Shown here piece by piece: positions 1 to 8,514 of a DNA stretch of 64,000 nucleotides (the first letter of the stretch is position 1; every line of letters starts with the position of its first letter). Both the position numbers and the translations under genes were made by a program. Origin of the DNA: Propionivibrio sp. (GTDB lineage Bacteria > Pseudomonadota > Gammaproteobacteria > Burkholderiales > Rhodocyclaceae); assembly GCF_047602565.1 (NCBI RefSeq), contig NZ_JASGGX010000001.1, positions 4,667,257 to 4,731,256 of the forward strand, written 5' to 3'. Under the pieces are notes generated by a model. The model saw nothing but the letters and a program-made list of their open reading frames with translations, had not been told where the DNA came from and did no database searches.

Positions 1-71
1 TCGATATACGGATTGAAGCAGTTCTCAAAACGTAATGACGCAACCGCGTCGACAAAGGGGTGTTGTTTCAT
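1..71 (-). CDS. 5' end of a probable uracil-DNA glycosylase-family protein (runs off window)
   Basis: Manual translation from ATG at 71: MKQHPFVDAVASLRFENCFNPYI. The F-x-N-x-FNPY start resembles UDG-like proteins found next to Nmad2 genes. Confidence 0.4.
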   Translation of the reverse strand, partial: MKQHPFVDAVASLRFENCFNPYI

Positions 72-246
72 TAACGGGTCCAATCCGGTCGTTCGTATCT
101 TATGGTCCACATTGTGCGATGCCAACCCCACCCTGCCTCCTAGATAGATACTAACCTTTCGGAAAACGTCGTAGCCTCGGCGAGTCGAGCGCTCCTAGAG
201 CTTGAGTCGGTATTGGTGATGATTGCTACACCACCGTTTCCACTTC

Positions 247-705
247 TTACCTCAAGCTGAGCCATTCATACGGCTCTCCCCGAAAACCGGAGGCTCCGAG
301 GCTTTCGAGCCAAGCCACAAATGCTGCAATGAGCTCCGGATCATCGAATTTTGAATGCCCGATACCGGTTTTGCAAAGTGAGCGCCCTTGGGCGTCGTGC
401 AGGTCTGGGAGCATGGGGCCATTGCCACCAACGTAAAGAAATTGCCGGCTGATGAGTACCCGGCTGACGCCCGTGTCTCTTGCAATATGGCCGGGGGCAG
501 CACTTCCGTCCTCGCGACTGTGGAACGAATCGCGTTGCTGCCATGGCGTATTCGGTCCAGTTCTGAAGTAGATGTTGTCGCCGCAGCTTTGTTTTCGGCT
601 TCCTCGGCGAAAAGGTTGCTTGGCTCGAAATCTGGGGTCGGTGCTGTATTCGTCCCAACTCAGCGCCTCCTCAACACGCATCGCAAACCGACGAGACGAT
701 GCCGC
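247..705 (-). pseudogene. Nucleotide modification associated domain 2 (Nmad2)-like protein, N-terminally truncated
   Basis: RLV-(gg)-FAMRVEE, DPRF, GDNIY and VLIS motifs. The N-terminus is missing and replaced by a DJ-1 fragment; 2-nt frameshift near 686. Confidence 0.6.
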
Positions 706-1001
706 CGCGCGTCAAACTCCGCCGGATTGATCTCATCCGGTCGCGCGGTGGATGACAGCAGCGCCATCCGCGTCGGATCGGCCAGCCAGTCCTTCACGGA
801 CGCATCGGCGAGCGGCCATTTCAGCGAGCGAGGCTCCAGCGGCGAGAGGCCACCCAGCGGACTCACGATGCGCTGCTCGTATCCATTGGCGGCGAAGACC
901 TGCCACGCATGGGTTAGCTCCGATAGCCACAAGCCGGTTGGCTGCGTCGGATCTTGGTAGTGAGCGACGTTGGTGACAACGTGGAGTATGCGCTTGGTCA
1001 C
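706..1001 (-). pseudogene. DJ-1/PfpI (type 1 glutamine amidotransferase-like) protein, C-terminally truncated
   Basis: GTG start with AGGAGG RBS; KRILHVVTN...TGLWLSELTHAW...SPLGG...EFDA, then similarity stops before the expected xFxxGGHG motif. Confidence 0.7.
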
Positions 1002-1156
1002 GCGTAACCTCCTCGAATCGTGTGTGGCCCGAACAAAGCCTGTGTGAAATACCTGTCCATCTCGTAGACCTTTCCAGTAAGGAACCAGTGGATGAACTCT
1101 AACGTTGAATACAACTTCAATATCAAGCGGCATATGCACCTTGGTGCGATGCCCCT

Positions 1157-1606
1157 CTAATGGCGGCGACGGGCCCTCCTGGTGGTCGGGGCACTGTCCG
1201 CCTCTACCAACCGCATTTCCGACAGAATGCGCCGGGCGTTGGCGGCGCAATCCATGTCCTGCGGCTTGGCTTCGATCTGCGCCATCAGTTCGACCAGATG
1301 GGCCTTGCTTTGTGCGAGCTGTGCTTGCAGGGCCTCAATGTCCTGCACCTTGCGGCGCAGCGTGTCGATCAGAGTGCCATGATCCCAGCTAGCGAGATCG
1401 CTGGGCAGCAACGTGCGCAACTCATCCAGGCTGAAGCCCGCACGCTGCCCGGCCGCGATGAGCTTAAGCGCCAATACCGCGTCGTCGGGGTAGCTGCGGT
1501 AGCCGTTTTCCTGGCGCTCGACCGCCTTGAGCAGGCCGATGCGTTCGTAGAAGCGGATGCGCGAAGGCGCCAGGCCCGTGCGCTGCGCGAGTTCTCCAAT
1601 TTTCAT
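1157..1606 (-). CDS. MerR family transcriptional regulator
   Basis: MKIGELAQRTGLAPSRIRFYERIGLL...NGYRSY HTH followed by a coiled coil. Confidence 0.93.
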   Translation of the reverse strand: MKIGELAQRTGLAPSRIRFYERIGLLKAVERQENGYRSYPDDAVLALKLIAAGQRAGFSLDELRTLLPSDLASWDHGTLIDTLRRKVQDIEALQAQLAQSKAHLVELMAQIEAKPQDMDCAANARRILSEMRLVEADSAPTTRRARRRH

Positions 1607-1635
1607 GATCGAGGTGCCCCGAGTGACTACAGAGT

Positions 1636-1666
1636 TTGACATTAAACATTACTTCAAAGTTAACCT
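1636..1666 (+). promoter_or_regulatory. MerR-type promoter for the epimerase gene
   Basis: TTGACA (1636-1641), 19-bp spacer, TAACCT (1661-1666). The spacer matches the palindrome at 5740-5755 at 12/16 positions. Confidence 0.6.
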
Positions 1667-1696
1667 TGAGGCCATCGCACTACCAGGTGCAACTTC

Positions 1697-2644
1697 ATGA
1701 AGGCGGACGGAATGCAGACGATATTGGGGGCGAACGGCCAGATCGCCGTAGAGCTGGCGCGGGAGCTACAGCGCAAATACACGAACGATGTGCGGCTCGT
1801 AAGCCGCAATCCACGCAAGGTCAACGACACCGACAGTCTGGTGTCCGCCAACCTTCTTGATGCGAAGCAGACCCTGGATGCGGTCAAGGGCAGCAGCATT
1901 GTCTACTTCACGGCCGGCCTGCCACCAGACACGGCGCTATGGGAAGCGCAGTTCCCCACAATGCTGAAGAATGCCCTGGATGCCTGCCGCGTGGTTGGCG
2001 CGAGCTTCGCCTATTTCGACAACACCTACATGTATCCGCAGGATGCGCGGCTGCTGACCGAGGAAACGCTCTTTGCTCCGGTGGGTCGCAAGGGCAAGGT
2101 GCGCGCAGCGATGGCCTCGATGGTGCTCGAAGAAATGGCACGCGGCGAGATCCCCGTGCTCATTGGCCGGGCCCCTGAGTTCTATGGCCCGGGCAAGACG
2201 CAGAGCTTCACGAACGCGCTGGTCATCGAAAAACTCCAGGCTGGCAAGAAGCCGCATGTGCCCGTGCGCGACGATACGCGGCGCACGCTCATCTGGACGC
2301 CCGACGCGAGCCGCGCCCTCGCGGCCCTGGGCAATGCACCCGATGCCTTCGGCCAGATCTGGCATCTGCCGTGCTGCGACGACCGGCCGACGTACAAGGA
2401 GTTCGTCGCGGTGGCCAGCCAAGTCTTCGGGCGCGAGCCTTCCTATGCAGTCATCGGCAAGCTGACGCTGACCGCGGCCGGGCTGTTCTCGAAGCAGGTG
2501 CGCGAGATCAGGGAGCTGCTGCCCCGCTACGAGCAGGACAACCTTTTCGATTCCACGAAGTTCAAGCGCCGCTTCCCCGAGTTCGAGGTGACGACCTATC
2601 GGGAGGGCTTGGAGCTGATACGGCGGGAGTGGTTAGGCAAATAG
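1697..2644 (+). CDS. NAD-dependent epimerase/dehydratase family protein
   Basis: TILGANGQIA Rossmann motif, YMY, APEFYGP; divergent from merR. Confidence 0.88.
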   Translation: MKADGMQTILGANGQIAVELARELQRKYTNDVRLVSRNPRKVNDTDSLVSANLLDAKQTLDAVKGSSIVYFTAGLPPDTALWEAQFPTMLKNALDACRVVGASFAYFDNTYMYPQDARLLTEETLFAPVGRKGKVRAAMASMVLEEMARGEIPVLIGRAPEFYGPGKTQSFTNALVIEKLQAGKKPHVPVRDDTRRTLIWTPDASRALAALGNAPDAFGQIWHLPCCDDRPTYKEFVAVASQVFGREPSYAVIGKLTLTAAGLFSKQVREIRELLPRYEQDNLFDSTKFKRRFPEFEVTTYREGLELIRREWLGK

Positions 2645-2793
2645 ATGCTCCGGCGCGCGACTGGCGGGGCGGAGCACCGTCCGATCCTGCCTCGGGGCTG
2701 GCCAACACCTGATCGCGCAGACGCCGGAAGCTATCGAATAAATAGCTCCCGGCGCTTTCCTGATGGTCACTTCAGGTCGATTCGACCATCCAC

Positions 2794-3873
2794 CTAGACG
2801 ATCTGTAGAGGCCCTGATCCGGGCAGGTGCGTCACCAGATCGGCGACCACCAACCTGGCCGGTGTGTAGGCGCCGCCAGTGGGCCGGGCCGTCATCAGGT
2901 ATTCGACCATGGCCAGCGAGCCGGTGATGGTCAGGCTATAGCCGTTGGCGGTGCGGATGCGCGCGGTCTTTTTCTCTCCGCGCGCGTTGCTGGCCTCGCC
3001 CCAGATGAAGGTGGGCATCTTCTCGCGCTTTTCCTCGCTGGGTCCCTTCACCGTCCTGGCGATGTGCGCCTTTATCAGCTTCTGCACCCACGACAACCCC
3101 AGCAGCGGCCGGACATAGTTGGCGCGCCTGGCGCTGGCGATCATGCGGGGCGAGCCTGGAATGAATACCTGAATGTTCGGAATGCCGGTGGTGTGGTACG
3201 CGGTGGATACGTCGCCCCAGGGGATGGTCATCGCGTCTTTCTCGCCGTCGCCGAAGTCGATGCGGCGCACCTCGTAGGCCAGCGGCACGGTGACGATCTT
3301 CCCGTCGCGGCGCACCTTGCCGCCCTGGGCCAGCCCCTCGACCGAGGTCTTGGCGGTGCCGGGCGAGAAGCCCGAGCGCGAGTCGAAGCCCAGCGCGAGA
3401 TGCGTGGCATCCGGCAGCGCCTCTTTCAGCGCGGCGGCCACGCAGTCGGTGGGGATGACGTCGAAGCCCACGCCAGGGCACAGCACCACGCCGGCGTCCC
3501 GTGCGCGGGCATGGAGCGACTGCGCGTGCTCGAACACGGCAATCTCGCCGGTGATGTCCAGGTAATGCGCGCGGGCGCGCAGGCAGGCTTCCATCATCGG
3601 CGCGGCGGTGGCCGAGAACGGGCCGGCGCAGTTCAGCACCAGCGCATGGCCCTGGATCTGCTCAGTCAACCGCCCCACATCATCAAGGCCGAAAGCACGC
3701 GCCTCCAGCCCCAGCGTGCGTGCCAGCGCCTCGACGCTTTCGCGCCTGCGGCCCGCCAGTACGGGCTTGAGCCCGCGCCGCGCCGCTTCGCGGGCGATCA
3801 GTTCCCCGGTGTAGCCATTCGCACCATAGATCATCCAGCGCATGGATGTGGGGCTGGCATTGTGCTCACTCAT
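2794..3873 (-). CDS. Saccharopine dehydrogenase-like NADP-binding oxidoreductase
   Basis: IYGANGYTG, NCAGPF, YLDITGE, GFDVIP motifs. Confidence 0.88.
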   Translation of the reverse strand: MSEHNASPTSMRWMIYGANGYTGELIAREAARRGLKPVLAGRRRESVEALARTLGLEARAFGLDDVGRLTEQIQGHALVLNCAGPFSATAAPMMEACLRARAHYLDITGEIAVFEHAQSLHARARDAGVVLCPGVGFDVIPTDCVAAALKEALPDATHLALGFDSRSGFSPGTAKTSVEGLAQGGKVRRDGKIVTVPLAYEVRRIDFGDGEKDAMTIPWGDVSTAYHTTGIPNIQVFIPGSPRMIASARRANYVRPLLGLSWVQKLIKAHIARTVKGPSEEKREKMPTFIWGEASNARGEKKTARIRTANGYSLTITGSLAMVEYLMTARPTGGAYTPARLVVADLVTHLPGSGPLQIV

Positions 3874-3909
3874 TGCGTCGCTCCTGTTTGGGTGATGGAT
3901 ATCTGATCT

Positions 3910-5349
3910 TCATGGCGATGACGCCTTGTTTCTTCCCAACGTGAGCGAGATGGCCATGTCGGCGAGCTTCCCGAAGGGCGCATGCAGTAGGCCGGGGAAG
4001 TTCCAGCGGCCCTGCACGAAGACGCCCTTGGCATGGCTCATCGCACGGAAACCCTCGATGCCGTGGTAGGCTCCCATGCCGCTCGGGCCGACGCCGCCAA
4101 AGGGCAGATCGTCCTGCGCCACGTGCATCAAGGTGTTGTTGATGCCTACGTTGCCCGACGTGGTGCGCGCCAGCAGCCGGGCGCAGTCGCCGTCCTCGGC
4201 ACCGAAGTAGTAGAGCGCGAGCGGGCGGGGCCGCGCGTTCACATGGGCGATGGCCTCGTCGATGGTGCCGTAGGTGCGCACAGGCAGGATAGGGCCGAAA
4301 ATTTCCTCCTGCATGAGGGGAGCTTCGTCGCCCGCGTTGACGACGAGCGTTGGCACCAGAGTGCGCTCTCGCCCAGGCATGTGGGCGGGGCGTTCTCCCA
4401 CCTCAATCACACGCGCGCCATTGCGGCGTGCGTCATCGACGAGCCAGCGCAGCCGGTCGTAGTGGCGGTCGCTGACGATGGTTGTGTGGTCGCGGCTGGC
4501 GGGACCGTCCGGGTAGAAGCGATGTACCGTGGCGGTGTATTGGGCGATAAAGGTGTCCAGGTCGTCCTCGTGCACCAGGGCGTAGTCCGGCGCCACGCAG
4601 GTCTGGCCGGCGTTGGACAGCTTGCCGTACACCAGACCCTGCATCGTGCGGTCGTTGACATGGCCGCGCGCCACGATGGCGGGGCTCTTGCCGCCCAGTT
4701 CCAGAGTCACGGGCACCAGGTTGTCGCTGGCGGCGCGCATCACCTTGCGGCCGACCTGCGTGCTGCCCGTGAACAGCAGGTGGTCGAACGGCAGTGCGCT
4801 GAACGCGGCGCCGACCTCGGGGCCACCCAGCACTACGGCCACCTCATCTTCCGCGAAAGCCTCGGCCAGCATATGCCGCAGCGCCTCGCTGGTACGCGGG
4901 GTCAACTCCGAGGGCTTGAGCATGGCGCGGTTGCCCGCCGCCAGCGCGGTGGCCAGCGGCACCAGTGTGAGGGAGATGGGGTAGTTCCACGGCGCCATCA
5001 CGCCCACGACGCCCAGCGGCTGGTATTCGACGTAGGCGCGCGCCGCGCGGTAGAAGAAATGCACGTGGCGGCGCTCGCGCCTCATGAAGCGGCGCAAGTG
5101 GCTGGAGAGGTAGTCGATGGCCTGGACGACGCAGGCCAGTTCCATGATGTCGGTCTCGTGGCGCGAGCGGTTGCCGAAATCGGCGCTGACCGCGTCCTTC
5201 AGGGCCTCACGGTGCGCGAGCACGGCGGCGCGCAGCCGGGCGAGCCGGGCCTTGCGCAGCGGCAGGTTCGGTGGGCCGTCGTGGAGGAAGGTGCTGCGCT
5301 GCCGGCCCAGGAGGGCGGCCATGCGGGTGCTGTCTTCATCGAGCGTCAT
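3910..5349 (-). CDS. Aldehyde dehydrogenase (coniferyl aldehyde dehydrogenase-like)
   Basis: PWNYP, FTGS, LELGGKSP, GQTCVAPDY, EEIFGP motifs. Confidence 0.92.
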   Translation of the reverse strand: MTLDEDSTRMAALLGRQRSTFLHDGPPNLPLRKARLARLRAAVLAHREALKDAVSADFGNRSRHETDIMELACVVQAIDYLSSHLRRFMRRERRHVHFFYRAARAYVEYQPLGVVGVMAPWNYPISLTLVPLATALAAGNRAMLKPSELTPRTSEALRHMLAEAFAEDEVAVVLGGPEVGAAFSALPFDHLLFTGSTQVGRKVMRAASDNLVPVTLELGGKSPAIVARGHVNDRTMQGLVYGKLSNAGQTCVAPDYALVHEDDLDTFIAQYTATVHRFYPDGPASRDHTTIVSDRHYDRLRWLVDDARRNGARVIEVGERPAHMPGRERTLVPTLVVNAGDEAPLMQEEIFGPILPVRTYGTIDEAIAHVNARPRPLALYYFGAEDGDCARLLARTTSGNVGINNTLMHVAQDDLPFGGVGPSGMGAYHGIEGFRAMSHAKGVFVQGRWNFPGLLHAPFGKLADMAISLTLGRNKASSP

Positions 5350-5695
5350 GGTGTCCTCCGACGGCTACGGCTTCAGCGGCTTGGGCGTGTACGACGGGCA
5401 GCTTGAGCACATAGCCCCAGAAGTGGTCGGCGAACGACTGGCCCAGCAGCGAGAGCTCCCCCCAGTTCGACGCACCCGGCTGGTTGGTGACGACGGACAG
5501 GCCGGTCTCGTTGTAGCTGTCGTTGTCGCAGTAGTGGTAGGAATAGGCGGTCAGGGCGACCACGCCCCGGCCCGGCCACACCTCAGGTACATCATAGTCA
5601 CCGATCTTGATGGCGGTGGTTTCGGCCGCCTGTGCGAATGTGGTCGCGACCAATAGGCATGCGCCGAAGACGGGGGCCAGGGAAGTGCCCTTCAT
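5336..5695 (-). CDS. Signal-peptide-bearing hypothetical protein, possibly a truncated SphA/MetA-like outer-membrane protein
   Basis: RBS-like GAGGT upstream, hydrophobic N-terminus with AQAA cleavage motif, stop overlapping the ALDH start, first gene after the MerR promoter. Confidence 0.45.
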   Translation of the reverse strand: MKGTSLAPVFGACLLVATTFAQAAETTAIKIGDYDVPEVWPGRGVVALTAYSYHYCDNDSYNETGLSVVTNQPGASNWGELSLLGQSFADHFWGYVLKLPVVHAQAAEAVAVGGHHDAR

Positions 5696-5730
5696 AGGGT
5701 TACCTCAGAGATGAAATGACATCACCGCAG

Positions 5731-5761
5731 AGCATAAGTTTGAAGTTAACTTCAAGGTCAA
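5731..5761 (-). promoter_or_regulatory. MerR-type promoter with perfect palindrome TTGAAGTTAACTTCAA
   Basis: -35 TTGACC (5761-5756), 19-bp spacer containing the 16-bp palindrome (5740-5755), -10 TATGCT (5736-5731). Confidence 0.8.
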
Positions 5762-6144
5762 CCCCCCTCTGTGTTGGCTCACGCTCAATGGAGCATTCCG
5801 CCTCAGGGATGTGCCGCCACGGGGTCAGGTCGGTCTGCGAGATGAGACGGCAGGCGGAAGTGCCAGCGCCCGCCGGAAGGGAGACTCAAAATGGTGATTG
5901 AGGCCGAGGCGCTGGCCGCTTGACCTGCGTAGAAGGCAAGCACCCCGGCTTAAACCGGGGCGCTTCGCTTTTTGTAGTGGCTCATCGAGACGAAGGAATA
6001 ACAGCCATCGGCACCGCGCCCAGGCCGTTCCGTCCTGGGCGCGGCGAATACAAAATCCGGGCGCGGCGGTGGCCGCGCCCGGTGTTGAGGTCCAACGGCA
6101 AGATCAAGCTGCCCTGTGAGACGTGATCTCACAAGCAGCCCACA

Positions 6145-6534
6145 TCATTTCATGCTGCCTATCTCGCGGTCGGACTCTGCGCCTTCGAGCATCAGCGTGG
6201 TTTCTTCGATGCACGCAAAGCGCCCTTCGGCATCCAGTTCCGCAAACAGATACACCTCCTGCACGACCTGGGTTCCGTCGCGCTTGGTGACGTGGACACG
6301 ATGGCGGTCTGCATAACGGTTGCCGTCGCGCAACTCGTCCAGCACCTCGATGTGCGCCGATGCCACGACTTCGCGGAGCTTGCGCGCATGGCGGGTGAAT
6401 GCCTCGCGGTCATCCCAGTGCCCGTTGGTGCGCTGCCGGTAGTCGGGACTGAAGTGGCGATCAAGCACGTCTTCGAGCGCGAGTTGCTGCTGGTTGAGGA
6501 TTTCATCCAGAGCTGAGCGGATGTCGGTCTGCAT
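6145..6534 (-). CDS. SnoaL/NTF2-like family protein
   Basis: HFSPDYRQRTNG...EVLDELRDG...YADRH...GRF..IEETT pattern. Confidence 0.8.
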   Translation of the reverse strand: MQTDIRSALDEILNQQQLALEDVLDRHFSPDYRQRTNGHWDDREAFTRHARKLREVVASAHIEVLDELRDGNRYADRHRVHVTKRDGTQVVQEVYLFAELDAEGRFACIEETTLMLEGAESDREIGSMK

Positions 6535-6807
6535 GTCGGTTGTTCTTGACTGTGAATCGAACCGACATTGTAGGCAACCCAAGATGGCGTTGGTACGGTA
6601 TTACGGAACCAAAATGATGGGCGAGATTCTCACGATCGCCCGGCGCAACGGATTCAATCTGCCGGTGGCGGCCATCCATGATCTGGACGATGCTGCCAAG
6701 GCAACGGGCGTCAGACACGGTGCAGGGAAGGTGCCGCCGGGCGGCGGCAATGGTGAATCCTGAACCCGGTTCAGATTCCGGTTTTCTGCATGATAGGAGA
6801 AGCAATC

Positions 6808-7521
6808 ATGAAGATCGATATTTGGTCGGACGTCATTTGCCCGTTTTGCTACATCGGCAAACGCAAGCTGGAGGCGGCGCTGGAGCAGACCGGCATCACG
6901 GCGCAAACCGAATGGCACAGCTTCGAACTGAATCCTTCTGCACCCCGGTCGTATGGAATGCCGCTGCCGGACGTGATGGATCATCTGTATGGCTTTGGCC
7001 GCCAACGCGCGCTTGGCATTCTGAATCATGAGGAACAGGAAGCGCGCCGCATGGGATTGGATTTCCAGTGGCGTATCGCCAAGCCGGGCAACACCTTCGA
7101 TGCCCATCGCCTGATTCATTTGGCCAGGCACGACGGAATCGGCGACAAGGTCAAGGAACGCTTTCTGCGCGCCTATTTCACCGAAGGGCAGGAAATCGGC
7201 GATCGGCAGGTGCTGCGTGCGCTGGCGCTCGAGACGGGGTTGGCGGCCACGGACGTGGATGCGGTGCTGGCCAGCGACCGCTTTGCCGACGAGGTGCGTG
7301 CCGATGAGCGGCAGGCGGCCGAATTGGGGATTCGCGGAGTACCTTACTTCGTGATCGACGGGCAGGTATCGGTGTCTGGAGCGCGCGACGTGGAGGAGTT
7401 CGTGCGCGTCTTGCGCGAACAGGCGCCGATCGCTTCGGACGCAGCCTCGGATACGGAGCCGGATACCGCGTCGGATGGGGCAGCAATGTGCGGAGACGGC
7501 TTTTGCAAAGTCCGTAAATGA
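6808..7521 (+). CDS. DsbA family oxidoreductase (FrnE-like)
   Basis: IDIWSDVICPFCYIG, NTFDAHRL, GVPYF motifs; GGAGA RBS. Confidence 0.92.
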   Translation: MKIDIWSDVICPFCYIGKRKLEAALEQTGITAQTEWHSFELNPSAPRSYGMPLPDVMDHLYGFGRQRALGILNHEEQEARRMGLDFQWRIAKPGNTFDAHRLIHLARHDGIGDKVKERFLRAYFTEGQEIGDRQVLRALALETGLAATDVDAVLASDRFADEVRADERQAAELGIRGVPYFVIDGQVSVSGARDVEEFVRVLREQAPIASDAASDTEPDTASDGAAMCGDGFCKVRK

Positions 7522-8345
7522 AGACGCCGCTTCCGGCAGACGGACGCGAGGCGCCCGCGCCGGGGGAGATCCCGGTCCTCGGCGTCCGGGAATTTCAATC
7601 CGAATTCCCGGCCTCGCCGATACGTATCGGATGTGCCGGATGGGGGCTGTCGGCCAGGGTAGCGGCGCGATTTCCCGCGCAGGGCAGCCATCTTGAGCGG
7701 TATGCGCGGGTCTTCTCTGCGGTTGAGATCAACTCGTCGTTCTATCGTCCGCACCAGCCGAAAACTTATGCCCGGTGGGCGGCGAGCGTGCCCGATGCAT
7801 TCCGGTTTTCGGTCAAGATTCCGCGAAGGATCTCGCACGAACTCAGGTTGCGCGACGCGGATGCCGCCGTTGGCGAATTCGTGCAAGAGGTCGCGCCTTT
7901 GGGCGAAAAACTAGGGTGCCTGTTGCTGCAGTTGCCACCCAGCCTGGCGTTGGACGAGGCCGCGGCACGAAAATTTTTTTCGCTGCTGCATAGCCTCACG
8001 GACGCACGTGTCGTCTGCGAACCGCGCCACGCGACGTGGTTTACCGAGGAAGGTGCGGAAACGATGAAAAATGCCGGGGTCGCCTGTGTGCGCGCCGACC
8101 CGCCGCCGGTTGCCGGCGTCGAACCGGCGGGTGACCTGGGTACGCTGTACATCCGGCTGCATGGTTCGCCGGAGATCTATTACTCCGCATATGACGAACC
8201 GTTCATCGAAGCGGTGGCCGCGCGGATCATCGTCGCTCGAAATTCGAATACCGAGGTCTGGTGTATTTTCGACAATACCGCGCGCGGCGAGGCGGTTCCC
8301 AACGCGCTGACGCTGATGGAAAAACTAGAAAAAACGGCCTGGTGA
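7518..8345 (+). CDS. DUF72 domain-containing protein
   Basis: IGCAGW, VEINSSFY, FSVK, LLQLPPS, EPRH, YIRLHG, FDN motifs. Confidence 0.9.
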   Translation: MKTPLPADGREAPAPGEIPVLGVREFQSEFPASPIRIGCAGWGLSARVAARFPAQGSHLERYARVFSAVEINSSFYRPHQPKTYARWAASVPDAFRFSVKIPRRISHELRLRDADAAVGEFVQEVAPLGEKLGCLLLQLPPSLALDEAAARKFFSLLHSLTDARVVCEPRHATWFTEEGAETMKNAGVACVRADPPPVAGVEPAGDLGTLYIRLHGSPEIYYSAYDEPFIEAVAARIIVARNSNTEVWCIFDNTARGEAVPNALTLMEKLEKTAW

Positions 8346-8514
8346 GACAAGCTCGCCGAAGAGCTCTTGGTATGCGTGCCGGCAGTCATTGCCGAAGGTA
8401 TGGGCGGACCTGTGTTGATGATGGCGCGGGAGTGATTCGGGCTTCTTCGTAGGCTTTCGCTCACATCGAACGCTGTAGCAGCCGGCCCACGGCAAGCGCA
8501 TGGCATGGCGCGCT

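Noticed and set aside
5716-6132. Short ORFs between the MerR promoter and the SnoaL gene
   Set aside because: No recognisable motifs or RBS; cannot be supported as genes.
6540-6790. Possible regulator remnant between the SnoaL and DsbA genes
   Set aside because: No HTH motif identified in any frame.
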